Assembly: GCF_001194135.2 (NCBI RefSeq)
Contig: NC_068989.1
Coordinates: forward strand, 40,575,697-40,609,130
Direction: 5' to 3'
Source of the DNA: Octopus bimaculoides
Taxonomy: Eukaryota
Length of the DNA: 33,434 nucleotides
Made by a program: the position numbers and the translations under genes. Numbering within the stretch: position 1 is the first letter of the stretch; each line of letters starts with the position of its first letter. The notes below the pieces were generated by a model. It was not told the origin of the DNA and did not search any database. It saw only the letters and a list, made by a program, of their open reading frames with translations. This document shows positions 9,549 to 20,949 of this stretch, one piece after another.

Positions 9549-10237
9549 TTACTGATGCTTTTAATGAGTTTAATATTTAGGAGAGTGAGAATGCCATAAA
9601 TTTAGAAGAGGTGAAGAATACATAGTGTTATTCATTTCAGCTCCCTTCGCTTTAAGTTCAAATCCAGCCGAGGTCATCTGTTCATTTCATCCTGTCTTGG
9701 TCGATAAGCAAAGTGCCAGCCAATTATCCTTCTTCTCTTCTTTCACCCTGTCTCTCTAGAAGTAATCGGCTATGATCTGGTCAAGTGGGAGGAGCTCCAC
9801 CAGATTTAAATGTCTAAGACACGTCGAATATCGTGATGCTACGTTGACAATTCCAGCAGAAGTTAAGAGCCAAAGGCAAAGTCAATAACACTCTATTTTA
9901 TCCATCTGCTATTTCGCAAAGGGTTAAACTCCAAATGTAAAGAGAACTAAATAAAATGTATTTTAAAAGAGCATTTAAACAACATCCTATAAAATATTCG
10001 TAAATAAATAAATGGTTGGATTTCAACTCCTACGTACAAATAAAAAATACTTATGCCAATTTTCGATGTATCTATTTTTATATATTCATTTTAATATATA
10101 AAATCGACTTGAGATCTGATGGCATTTCTTGGTTTTTCTTTTGTGTCTGAATTCAACTCCTACTCGCATTGACTTTACCAGTTATTAGCCTTGATGTGCA
10201 TTGCTATGTACTAGCCTTAATATAATTAGCAATTCTA

Positions 10238-10445
10238 GGCGGCGAACCAGCAGAATCCTTAGTATATTGGCTTTGCAGCATTTCGTCCATCTGCACATTC
10301 TGAGCTCAAATTCCGTCGAGGTCGACTTTGCCTTTCGTCCTTTCGGAGTCGATAAAATAAGTACCAGTTAAGGAATGGGGTTGATGTAACCGACTTATCC
10401 TCCCTTCCCAAACTGCAGGCCCTGTGCCAAAATTTTAAACCAATA
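10238..10445 (+). mobile_element. Family-1 SINE with alternative tail (GGCCCTGTGCCAAAATTTTAAACC)
   Basis: GGCGGCGAACCAGCAGAATCC head, GAGCTCAAATTCC B-box, GAGGTCGACTTTGCCTTTCGTCCTTTCGGAGTCGATAAAATAAGTACCAG core. Confidence 0.85.
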
Positions 10446-10557
10446 TAATTAACAATTCTCCACTTTTGCCTGCTCTAGAAACAATTATTTTGCTTTATAT
10501 ATATTTATTTATTTATTTATTTATGTGTTTCAGCCAAGTGGCTGCGGTCATGCTGGT

Positions 10558-10639
10558 NNNNNNNNNNNNNNNNNNNNNNNNNNNNNNNNNNNNNNNNNNN
10601 NNNNNNNNNNNNNNNNNNNNNNNNNNNNNNNNNNNNNNN
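10558..10639. other. Assembly gap
   Basis: N run, preceded by a 3' fragment of family-2 SINE (10527-10557). Confidence 1.
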
Positions 10640-12049
10640 ATATTCTTCTGCACTCTATGTCGACTTATCACTCAAAGAGGAATTGCAGAAATTTGTTTCT
10701 GAAAACTTTGGATGCTGCCGGAAGACTTCAGTGATGTAAATCATTTCTACTAGGCACAAGGCCTGAATATTTTTAGGGGAGGGAGCATGTCCATTACATC
10801 GATGTGAATGAAGTTGTTTCGTTTCACGTGGTAATTGAAACCGTGATGACCATCTCCGCACGCTAGAATTTTTGCATTCTTCTTTACAACCCGAGGCATG
10901 CATTTGCTGAATATTGTTCATATAGTGGCTCAAGATCTCGAGTTTATGGTGCATGATTTCAACAGAGGGATAAATTCAACGAGTAAAGCGCGACGAGCCA
11001 CGATCGTGGCCGTCAGGCACAGGTCGACAGCATTTAATTAACGGGCGTTTGGTGAAATGTCTGTCGCGAGAAAGTTCAACTAATGACTTTTTAGATGAAG
11101 TAAAACTTGCCACCATTATATACTAAAAAGATATTTTAACTATTTTTTGTTTTTTATGTGTGCATGGTAGTCTCATTTTCATAAAATGTGCTTAGCAGTC
11201 CATGCTATGTAAGTGCGAATGCCAGCGCTTTATAGGTTAAATGTTATAATTTATTTCAAATATATAAACCAAGGAAGTGAAGACACAGCCTATGTCTTTT
11301 GCAGACCCTTTCTCTCTTAATGTGATTGATACCTAACCCGAACAACTTCAGGTCAATATCTGCAAATTAAAATTTGAGCGGATTCAGGGCAATATCAAGG
11401 CTTGAATACAAGTAATACATTGGACTCGGTTAAAAGCACTTGAAAACTAGCCTGTGTTACATGCGACGGCATATTAAGCCAATCGTGCAATTAGTTCCGC
11501 GCACCATTGTTTCTGTTACTATTCTGCTTTATGCTCACTTGTATTTTTGCCCCTAGATGTAAGGTTCATACCGTCAAGGAAAACGTCCAATCTCTCAAAA
11601 AGATGTTAATATTTCTAAATAAATCGGATCGAATCTTACCTTGGCAAGGTTAGAACTTAAAACGTAAGAATAGAAGAATGTTACTTGAATAACTCTGGGG
11701 GCCCTAATGGTTCTTAGCATTACCACATTACCTTCGACTATAATGAAGGAAGTATATAACCGATTACATACTTAACCATATTTTATAAAAGGTTAAACGC
11801 TCTAACCAGGATAGCCAAATTGGATCCCTTAGTGTTTTATATTAAAAAGATATTTCAGGATCATGAAGTAGAACACAACTCACTGAATGTGGAAGGCTAT
11901 TTTCATTAATATTTGGATATAAGAACACCGGTGTTATACGCGCGCGTGCCCACATACATACAACTATATCTGTCACTTATAATATATAATTGTGTTTTCA
12001 GTAACTCATTGTTATTTTATTTATTTATTTATTTTATAATTGCTAGAAC

Positions 12050-12350
12050 GGAATGAAGGAGAAGTACCCATAGCCTTCGCACTCTCCCCACCTGTGATGC
12101 CTGAACCATTAACGTTCAGCTTAAACTGTCACAAGGTGCTACTTGAAGTAAAACATTAGTAAGGCTAGGTTTCCAGAAAACCGAGAGGAAGAACTAGGTG
12201 TAGTGATTAATCCAGGATCTAAAAGTGCTAAACTCAACATGAGGAGTATGAATAGGAGAGATAAGTGAGACAGGTGTGCCAAAAAGGAGATGACACTGAG
12301 AAGCGGAAACCATAACAGTAGCGGTAAAAAATGGGAGAACTAAGGGCAAC
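12050..12350 (-). mobile_element. Decayed CR1/L2-group LINE 3' fragment
   Basis: Minus strand reads VALSSP(fs)FYRYCYG..., resembling the 'LSLFYRYY.G' motif near the C-terminus of CR1/L2-group ORF2. Confidence 0.45.
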
Positions 12351-12429
12351 CTACCCGTGGGTCAGGGGCTGAAATATATCTGACAAAGATTTTATGCCCA
12401 TAAGTCAAGTAGCCTTACTCAGGAGACGG

Positions 12430-12635
12430 TATTCCTATAACGTAAGAATTGTCAGCACACCGGAGAAAATGCTTAGTGGTTGTTTACATTCAGAGTTCAA
12501 ATTCCGTGAGGTTGACAATGCCATTCATCCTTTCAGAGTCGATAAGAAAATATCAGTTAAGTACTGTTGTCGATGTAATCGACTAGCCCACTTCCCGAAA
12601 GTTTTAAGGCATTGTACCTATAGTAGAAGGGATTA
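12430..12635 (+). mobile_element. Family-1 SINE, diverged
   Basis: AAATGCTTAGTGG...GAGTTCAAATTCCGTGAGGTTGAC...CATCCTTTCAGAGTCGATAAG. Confidence 0.75.
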
Positions 12636-13551
12636 TTACAATTAAATAATAATAGGCTGATTTTCTCTCTCTCTCTCTCTTCGGGACTGAAGGAACAGCA
12701 AAATATATGTAGGTGGGATTTTATCTAGGATACATTTCCATTTATTAGAAGTGGTACAATCGATGGTATTTATTTGAACGAGTTATGAATCGAAGTTAAG
12801 CCCCATCGACTAAAAGGCATTTTGCCAGCACGTTATAGATTCTACAAATTAAAGCTTTAATTTCCCTTTCAATAAGACTATCTGTTATTAACACAGAGAC
12901 AAGATAACAAATTTGGGATAGAGAGAGAGGTGGGATAAAGGCCATTTGATAAACTCCAATGATTTTTTAATCGCTTAGTCAAAGATGCTTGTACAAGGCC
13001 CCCATGAGAGGGAGAGGTTCAAGTGGAACAACAGTCCGGGGTAACTGAGCCCTGTGAATTTATAATGGTGAGTAGGGGCACCGAGTCTTTACTAGATGTG
13101 GGGGCTAAGCAACCATGTTTTCGATAGCACAATTTCTGAGAAATCCTAGGCAATCCCATTACTTTTCATTACGTCTGAAGAATAGTAGCGGGGTGATAGA
13201 AAAAGGAATCTTCAAACTAAAAGACCTGGATGAAATATTTGCAACAAAGTGGAGTCTACAAATATGCGACCAAGGGCTTGACAGTATTTGTAAACTGATC
13301 GACAGTTTAAATTTATCAGCTACGTAAGCTTCGCCGGAATTTGAACTTAGAATGCAGAAAATCAGAACAAATACCACATTTTAACTCGTTTAAAGAAGTA
13401 CTAGTACTATACTTGCAATCTACGCCATCGGCTATACCACTTCTTAATAAATATCCGAATCGAAATTCGACAGCGTCAACTTTGTCGTTCATCTTATTCC
13501 AAATACAGATAAAGAATTGCCCATCAGTATTCCATTGAACATTAATAATAA

Positions 13552-13765
13552 TTCTCTCTGTTATAGGCAAGAGGCCTGAAACTTGGGGGAGGGACAATAG
13601 ACTACATCAACCGCAGTACTTGACTGGTACTTTATTTCATCGATTCCGAAAGGATGAAAGGCAACATCGACTCTGCGGAATTTGAACTTAGAACGTAAAG
13701 AATCGGAAGAAATGCTACTAAGTAATTTATCCAGTGCGGTAACGATTCGGTCAGCTCACCTCCTT
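13552..13765 (-). mobile_element. Family-1 SINE
   Basis: Head, core and tail recognisable. Confidence 0.8.
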
Positions 13766-13774
13766 AGCAATTGT

Positions 13775-14305
13775 TTCTTCTAAAGGCACAAGGCCGAGAA
13801 TTTTTAGATGAGTGACGAGTCAATAACATTGACCTGAGTCCTTTGACTGTTACGTCTTTTTATCGATCCCGGATGGATAAAAGGCAAAGTATATCTCAAT
13901 GAACTGAGAATGTAAAAAGAATCGGAATAAACACCACAACCCATTTTCCGACGCCCTAATAGTTCTGTTGACTCAGTGGTTCTCAACCATTTTTTTAATT
14001 TGTGGATCCTTTTGATTACTATTTTACTCTGGTGGACCCCCATAGCCACTCGATGTTTAAAAATCAGTTTTACAAATACAGCTTTCAAAATTCTTATTTT
14101 GTTTTTCACACATTGAACCATGTAGCATGTTAGAGAAAGAAACCCAGCTGTCTCTTGCAATAAATACATCTAAAGGAACCCTTAATGTACTGCTTTGGCG
14201 TCCTGAATTTACTATTCTGCTTACGTGAACCCCCAAAAATCTTATATTAGACCCTCAAAGGCCATACGGACCCCAGTTGAAAGCCACTGTGCTAACTCAT
14301 TACCT
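13775..14305 (-). mobile_element. Family-1 SINE interrupted in its head by a MITE
   Basis: Tail at 13775, core ~13830-13920, head split at 13974-14289. Confidence 0.65.
13974..14289. mobile_element. hAT-superfamily MITE (316 bp)
   Basis: TIRs CAGTGGTTCTCAACC / CAGTGGCTTTCAACT (12/15). Degenerate 8-bp TSD TGTTGACT / TGCTAACT (6/8). CAGTGG termini and an 8-bp TSD are hAT hallmarks. Confidence 0.8.
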
Positions 14306-14364
14306 TCATCCAGTCTACCGCCTTGCTAGTGATGCTATATTTATTTACCCCAGAAAGACGGCGT

Positions 14365-14520
14365 GATGACAAAATCTTTAGCAAGCCGGACAAAATGCTT
14401 AGTGGCATTTCTTTCGGTTTTACATTCTGAGTTGAAATTCCGCCGAGGTCGATAAAGTGAGTCCAATTCGAGCATTGGTGTCGTTGTAATCAATTAACCC
14501 AACCCACCTCAAATTTATCA
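14365..14520 (+). mobile_element. Family-1 SINE, diverged and internally deleted
   Basis: AAATGCTTAGTGGCATTTC...GAGTTGAAATTCCGCCGAGGTCGATAAA. Confidence 0.7.
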
Positions 14521-15867
14521 ACATCAGAAAAGTTAGATAAAAATATCTCGGAGAAAAATAGTAGAACGTATTTTATCCAACGCTCTAATCCATCAGGAAT
14601 TTCACCCTCTTTAAATATTTACCCTTGAAGTATAAACGAGTAGCTAACTTTGGTAGGATTTGAACGTAGAAAGTTGTAATTATTCATAACAATACATTTT
14701 AATCCACCGCTCGTTCATCTCCACAATATACTACAAATAAAATGAATATAAAATAAACACTTTTCCATTTTTGAATATCTTGTGTCTTTTAGAAGATTCT
14801 TTGAAATTTTTCTAAAAGAGTTCACGAACTCAAAAGGGCATATATTTTCTTGCATCATTTTTTATTTTTTATTATTATTATTATCATTTATTCTTATTTC
14901 TTCGGAGACAGTATCTGAAAGTGGTCGCAGAACTGTACGAAGGAAGGCGATCGAAGAAGACTAAACGACAATAAAAGAAGAAAAAAGATTAAATAAATAA
15001 AAGATAGAAAGAAGAGAAAAAGAAAGGAAAGGCAATTTCTCTGTGCGTTAGTCACTGCATTTTGGACAGTTACGAGTGGAACTCCGACTGATTGGAATAA
15101 CATTTTCAACTCTGTGAGATTTCATTACTGTGTTTCTCAACGCAGCCGCACACACAGACACACGTACAGTAAATAAGTTACGTTTTCTCTTTCACTCTTT
15201 TCTTCCGTCCCCCTTTTTTTATGTCAACAATATTAAACTGCATACAGCTGTTTGTAAACAATGCAGCCGATATAACATACGTTTGTGTGTGTGTGTGTGT
15301 GTAAGCAATGACTGTTTTTTTTTTCTCAACATATAAACAACAAATAACTAAAAGAACTCAATAGAGTTATTCATCTTTTACAAATTTTATTGATACCAAC
15401 TTCATCGACTTTGGCTATATTACAACTGATAATAATAATACAGCGGAATTCCGTTATATTTGAAATTTATTATAATTAATAGAATTATTTGCTTAGAATG
15501 TTTGTTTCTTCAATTTAATAATTTCGCTATTTGTTAGAAATTTAAAGCAGAAGACTATATACATGTAATGTAACAGGTAACGATGAAATCAGAGTTTTCC
15601 GTTTAATTAACATTGCACCACCAACATCATACGCGTAAATTGGTGACTGGAAGAAGGAAAGACAGAGAGAGTTAGACAGATAAATAGAGACAGGGAGAGA
15701 GAGAACACTGTTAACGTTGAACAGAGGAAAACTAAATATTTTAAAGGGAAAAACAGAATTTTTTTTCCTACGACTTTCATCGGCTCCTTTAGTTTGTTAT
15801 AGAAAAACATTGACGATTTTCGAAGTCTGCTCACATATAAACTAAAATTTCGAAACTATCTAATCAA

Positions 15868-15868
15868 T

Positions 15869-15958
<90 letters not shown>

Positions 15959-15960
15959 AT
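15868..15960. repeat. (CA)n(TA)n microsatellite
   Basis: Direct reading. Confidence 0.95.
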
Positions 15961-17475
15961 GTAATGCCAAAAATTACATATAACGTTTAGGCGAAGTCAA
16001 GAATACCTACACTCGGTGGTTGGGGTTAGTTTTAGGGTTAGAACTTTCGTTACACCGAAAACCAGTCGTGTACATATTCATTACCTCCGCCAACGTTTAT
16101 TTGAAATTAAAAAAAAATTAATTATTTCTTTTAATTCATCTCAACAATATTTATGAAATATAACTTTCACTTTATTGCCAAAGAGAAAATGTAAAAGTAA
16201 CACAGCTTATTTATAATAACGATAAATGTGGTTTACATATTTGGGACGGAAAAGAAAAGTTAAGTCAGAAACAAAATAAACAATTTAATCGTGAATTGAT
16301 CTAAAAAACGGAAACGAGTTCGGCTGAAGACTACCTCATCTCAATGGATATGGAGATATTTCAAATCAATTAATTCAAACCAATAATTTCATATGTGAAG
16401 ATGACACATTGAGAGAATTTGAATACCATTCAGTAGCGAGAAACATATAAGTTAGCTGTAGTTAAACACTGCGACTGCGAACACCAGAAGTTTTATACGC
16501 ACTCACACACATATATGTATGTATCAGAGGACTATGGAAAGAGCAGCTACATTAGCCTGTGTACCACACTCGGGCACAGGAAACTTACCATAACATTCGC
16601 ACCCTTCCCTGCATAGCTCTAGGATACCACAGTCTCATCCCATCCCTACTACGTCTGTTTTCTCGGTAAAACAGAAAATAGTGGAAGGAGATAGAATAAA
16701 CATTTCAAAAGCAACCGCTCCAACGCACGTTCACACGTTCACGCACCGCACAGATATATTATATACAGCACTGTATGAATGAATTATAACTAACACACAC
16801 ACACACACATGTTATATCTATCTATCTATCTATCTATATATATATATATAACATACTTGTAATGAAATATTAACAGCGTAATACAAATGCTGCGATATCT
16901 GATGTAGTAAGGAAGTTATAAAAGATAGAGAAAAAAAAAGAAAGAAAAAATACACCAATTGCAAGAACCAATGAAGACGTCAATGCACCAACAACAGCGT
17001 TACATTAAAGCACAACAACAAAAATTCCTCGGACATTTAATAAACGTGTGAATGAACGATAAACATGTGAACGACGCTTCTGTAGCTGTACACATTTGCG
17101 TTTGTTTAACAAATCAAAAAGAAACCACAGTTCTAATCATTATCATTGCTGTCATTATCAACACCTTCATCATCATCATTGTTATCATTAGTGTGGACTC
17201 TAAGAGTGAAATGGAAGGAAAATTGATCTGTTATATGATTGCTTATCAATAACGAAATGTTGAAAGAAAATTTTAGAAAAAATTATTCAGACATCTAAGG
17301 TAAGTAAATTATGAATTTCTTTTTAAAAAAGTCAATTGAACCGTATCAATTAATTATTGAATTATTCGTCGAATACGTACTGTTTTGTTTGTTAGAGTGG
17401 TTTATAATTGTAAGCTGGATCCGGTAGTTTTACGTTTGAAGATGTTTTGACAGACATAAGTTTTTCTAAACATTG

Positions 17476-17477
<2 letters not shown>

Positions 17478-17520
<43 letters not shown>
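17478..17520. repeat. (TA)n microsatellite
   Basis: Direct reading. Confidence 0.95.
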
Positions 17521-17522
<2 letters not shown>

Positions 17523-17904
17523 AAGAAAGTTAGGAGTTGTGAATCCAACCCACTACGGGATAATATCTATAATAATTGTGTGTATGTATATATATATAGT
17601 TAAATTCAGGGTTTATATATGAAGGGTTGGGTCAGCTGTTTCGCTGTGCTGAGTAGCATTGGTACAGCAACAACAGAATACGGATAGACCCTTAAAAATA
17701 AAACCTCACAGTCCCCTTCAGTTTTAAAAGCACACCGATATCCCCGCGTCGTCGAAAGCGTTTTGGTTCCACTTTGCAAAATTTCTATTGGTGATTCTTA
17801 TCTATTCTATTCTATGTACGTGTATTTATTTATTTCAGATGTTAAGGCAGAACACGAAATAGAAGATGGTAGAAACTACATATAACTAAAAACTTAGAAT
17901 TAAG

Positions 17905-17939
<35 letters not shown>

Positions 17940-18149
17940 TATAGTTTTAATTATTAATTTTTCTATATGTGACAGTGGATTTTCATCGATGAGTTCATGA
18001 ACCTTGGTTCTTTTCCCTAAAACTATATATTTATATATATCTTACTCTGTGAAGCTCAATTTAATTTTAACTTTCTATAAATTGATTTTAATTGAGTTTT
18101 TACCTGTAATTTGGGATTTTGTCCCAAATATTATTCCCACACAGCGGAC

Positions 18150-18400
18150 GTTGCTGTGTGGGAAGATGCTTGCTTCTCAACCACATGGTTCTGGGGTCAG
18201 TCTCCACTGCGTGCTGGCAGACTCATTACCGTACCGGACAAACGCTTAGCGGTATTTCTTCCGACTTTACGTTCCGAGTTCAAATTCCGTCGGGGTCAAG
18301 TTTGCCTTTAACTCTTACAAGGCCGATAAAATAAATAGAAGTTGAGTACTAGACCTCCCCTCCCCCAGAAATGCTAACCTCGTGCCAAAATGTGTAATTA
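18150..18400 (+). mobile_element. Composite: family-2 (CORE-type) SINE tRNA head joined to a family-1 SINE
   Basis: GCTGTGTGGGAAGATGCTTGCTTCTCAACCACATGGTTCTGGGGTCAGTCTCCACTGCGTG, then CTGGCAGACTCATTACCGTACCGGACAAACGCTTAGCGGTATTTC...GAGTTCAAATTCCGTCGGGGTC. Confidence 0.75.
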
Positions 18401-18904
18401 ATATTAGGTTGCTCCTCTTCTAAGTAAGCAGGAAAGCATTATCATATCAGACATCCCATTGAATCGCAAAAGAAAATAAAGTAAAAAATAAACAAATGCC
18501 CCAAATTAATGAACAACACGCGTAGTCGTTTACGGATCGGAAACTTTGACCACACCTCCCACCCAAACAACAACAGAAATGAAAAAGAAAGTGGCAACAT
18601 GCCAACGTAATATGGAAACGCTCAGTGCTCGACGTGAAATAAAACTGAGAGATAAACAAATGAATAAGAGAATGGGAATGACAGAGAAAATTGAGGACGC
18701 ATCAGGAGAACAGAACTGCACAAAAATAATTACGTATTGAGCGACATATGATAGGTTACAAAAAGATGAGCCACAAGATAGTAAGGTGTTCATCCTGCAG
18801 TGAACCATCATCTGGCGAGCAAGCATAAAGTTATTTGAAAGATTTCTTTATGTTTTGTGTTAAAAGGTGTTGTAATATAGATAAAAGTACACACACACAC
18901 ATGC

Positions 18905-19259
18905 ACTTATTTGTTTCATGTTTCTCATGTTTCAGTCATTACACTGGAACCCTATTGGGGCACAATCTTAAATAGGTTCAATCGAACGAGTCAAGTCCAG
19001 TGCCATTTTTTTCATTTTCTTAAAAAAAACAAATAAATAAATAAATAGAAAGAACGGTACTTATTCTATCGGCTCTTCTGCCGACCCGCAAATTGCGGGA
19101 GCGTGAATACCGGTTGTCAAACGGAGGTGGACAGCACATAGCCCACCCCCACCACATACAAAGTATGTGCATGTGTCTGTGCATACATACATACATACAT
19201 ACATACATACATACATACATACATACATACATACATACATACATACATACATACATACA

Positions 19260-19290
<31 letters not shown>

Positions 19291-19706
19291 GTGTGTGTGT
19301 GTGTGTGTGTTATTTTATTTCTTTACTACCCACAAGGGGCTACACACAGAGGGGACAAACAAGGACAGACAAACGGATTAAGTCGATTATATCGACCCAG
19401 TGCGTAACTGGTACTTATTTAATCGACCCCGAAAGGATGAAAGGCAAAGTCGACCTCGGCGGAATTTGAACTCAGAACGTAGCAGCAGACGAAATACCGC
19501 TAAGCATTTCGCCCGCCGTGCTAACGATTCTGCCAGCTCGCCGCCTATATGTGTGTGTGTGTGTGTGTATGTGTGTATATGTATAGACTCACACATACGA
19601 CGGGCTCCTTTCAGTTTTTATCTGCCAAATCCACTTACAGAGTTTAAGTCGGCCTAGACTATAATAGACATTTACACAAAGTGTCACAGAGTGGCACCTT
19701 ATAGAT
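18905..19706 (-). mobile_element. Old family-2 (CORE-type) SINE with an expanded internal (CATA)n/(TG)n microsatellite, interrupted by a family-1 SINE
   Basis: 3' half at ~18905-19170 and 5' half at ~19590-19706 are homologous to the copy at 22108-22533. Confidence 0.65.
19311..19545 (-). mobile_element. Young family-1 SINE variant with a Tx1-like 3' tail; contains an intact target site
   Basis: GGCGGCGAGCTGGCAGAATCGTTAGCACGGCGGGCGAAATGCTTAGCGGTATTTCGTCTG head, GAGTTCAAATTCC B-box, tail TTGTCTGTCCTTGTTTGTCCCCTCTGTGTGTAGCCCCTTGTGGGTAGTAAAGAAAT. Confidence 0.93.
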
Positions 19707-20023
19707 GTAGGTTTTATCTACAAAAGATATATGAACTGATAAGAAAAAACATGATACTTTTATTTTAAAAAATCTATATAAGCATGTTCCAACATGTAGG
19801 AGGCACTTTGGCATCTAGGTAGAGCCGTATGTTTTCGTTTTAAACAAAAGATAACAATTTCCGAAACATTTAATTCTGAAATTCTGCACGCAAAACCAAA
19901 ATACTGGATTCCTGTTCTCCAGATACTGGGAAAGCTTTACATAAGAAAATAATTAGTTTTAGGTATAATCGTTCTATTGAAAAAAAACTTCCATTCGTAG
20001 AAAATATTAGGAATGTTATAGAA

Positions 20024-20410
20024 GTCGTAGTGTTGTAAGAAGCATGTTTCCCAACCACATAGTTCCAGGTTCACTTCCTCGGCGTGACAACTAGGGCAAG
20101 TGTTTTCTACTGTAGCCACGACCCGATCAAAGCCTTGTGAGTGGATTTGGTTGTCAGAAACTGAAAGAAGCCCCTCATGTTCCTCTGTGTGTGTGTGTGC
20201 GTGTGTGAGACTTTGTGTTTGTTTCCCAACCACCGCGTGACAACCAGTGTTTGTGTGTTTATGTCCCTGTAACTTAAAGGTTCGGCAAAATTCACCGATA
20301 GAATAACAATCGGGTTTTAACAAAAGAAAAAAAAGTACTGAGGTTCATTCATTCGACTAAAATTTTCAGGCAGTGCCCCAGTATGTCCGCACACTAAAAC
20401 AAGTAAAGGA
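20024..20410 (+). mobile_element. Family-2 tRNA/CORE-type SINE, full length, diverged
   Basis: tRNA-like head with GGTTCACTTCC, CORE-like AGGGCAAGTGTTTT, internal (TG)n, 3' end AAACAAGTAAA. Confidence 0.8.
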
Positions 20411-20413
20411 CAT

Positions 20414-20445
<32 letters not shown>

Positions 20446-20477
20446 ATGATTGTGTGTAACATTTATGTCTATAGCAC

Positions 20478-20513
<36 letters not shown>

Positions 20514-20613
20514 NNNNNNNNNNNNNNNNNNNNNNNNNNNNNNNNNNNNNNNNNNNNNNNNNNNNNNNNNNNNNNNNNNNNNNNNNNNNNNNNNNNNNNN
20601 NNNNNNNNNNNNN
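20514..20613. other. Assembly gap within a (TA)n microsatellite
   Basis: N run. Confidence 1.
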
Positions 20614-20709
20614 GTGTATATATATGTATATGTACATACTGTATAGTCACAAACACGTAGTATTTATTTACTTACGTCCATGCTCGCATGTCCGTTTCCT
20701 TCATACACA

Positions 20710-20753
<44 letters not shown>

Positions 20754-20949
20754 TGTCCACCTATACAGGAGTGTGTGTGTGCTTGTGTGTGTATATATAT
20801 GTGCCCTCACGTAAGCATTAGATTGTTCAATCAAGCATTCAGTGGTAAGATTTTATACTCATATAGGGAAACAAAAATTAAATAATAATTATCTTGATAT
20901 ATCCGTAGATACCAAAATGTTTATTGATATTGTGCATGCACGTATATCC

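Noticed and set aside
17839-17868. Possible 30-nt coding mini-exon (DVKAEHEIED)
   Set aside because: The donor (GTAGAA) is weak, and joining to the 17299 donor in the needed phase meets an upstream stop.
19020-19469. ORFs with MYVC/HTYI repeats
   Set aside because: Translations of (CATA)n microsatellite and SINE sequence; likewise the YI-repeat ORFs at 20413-20885, 26279-26668 and those spanning N gaps.
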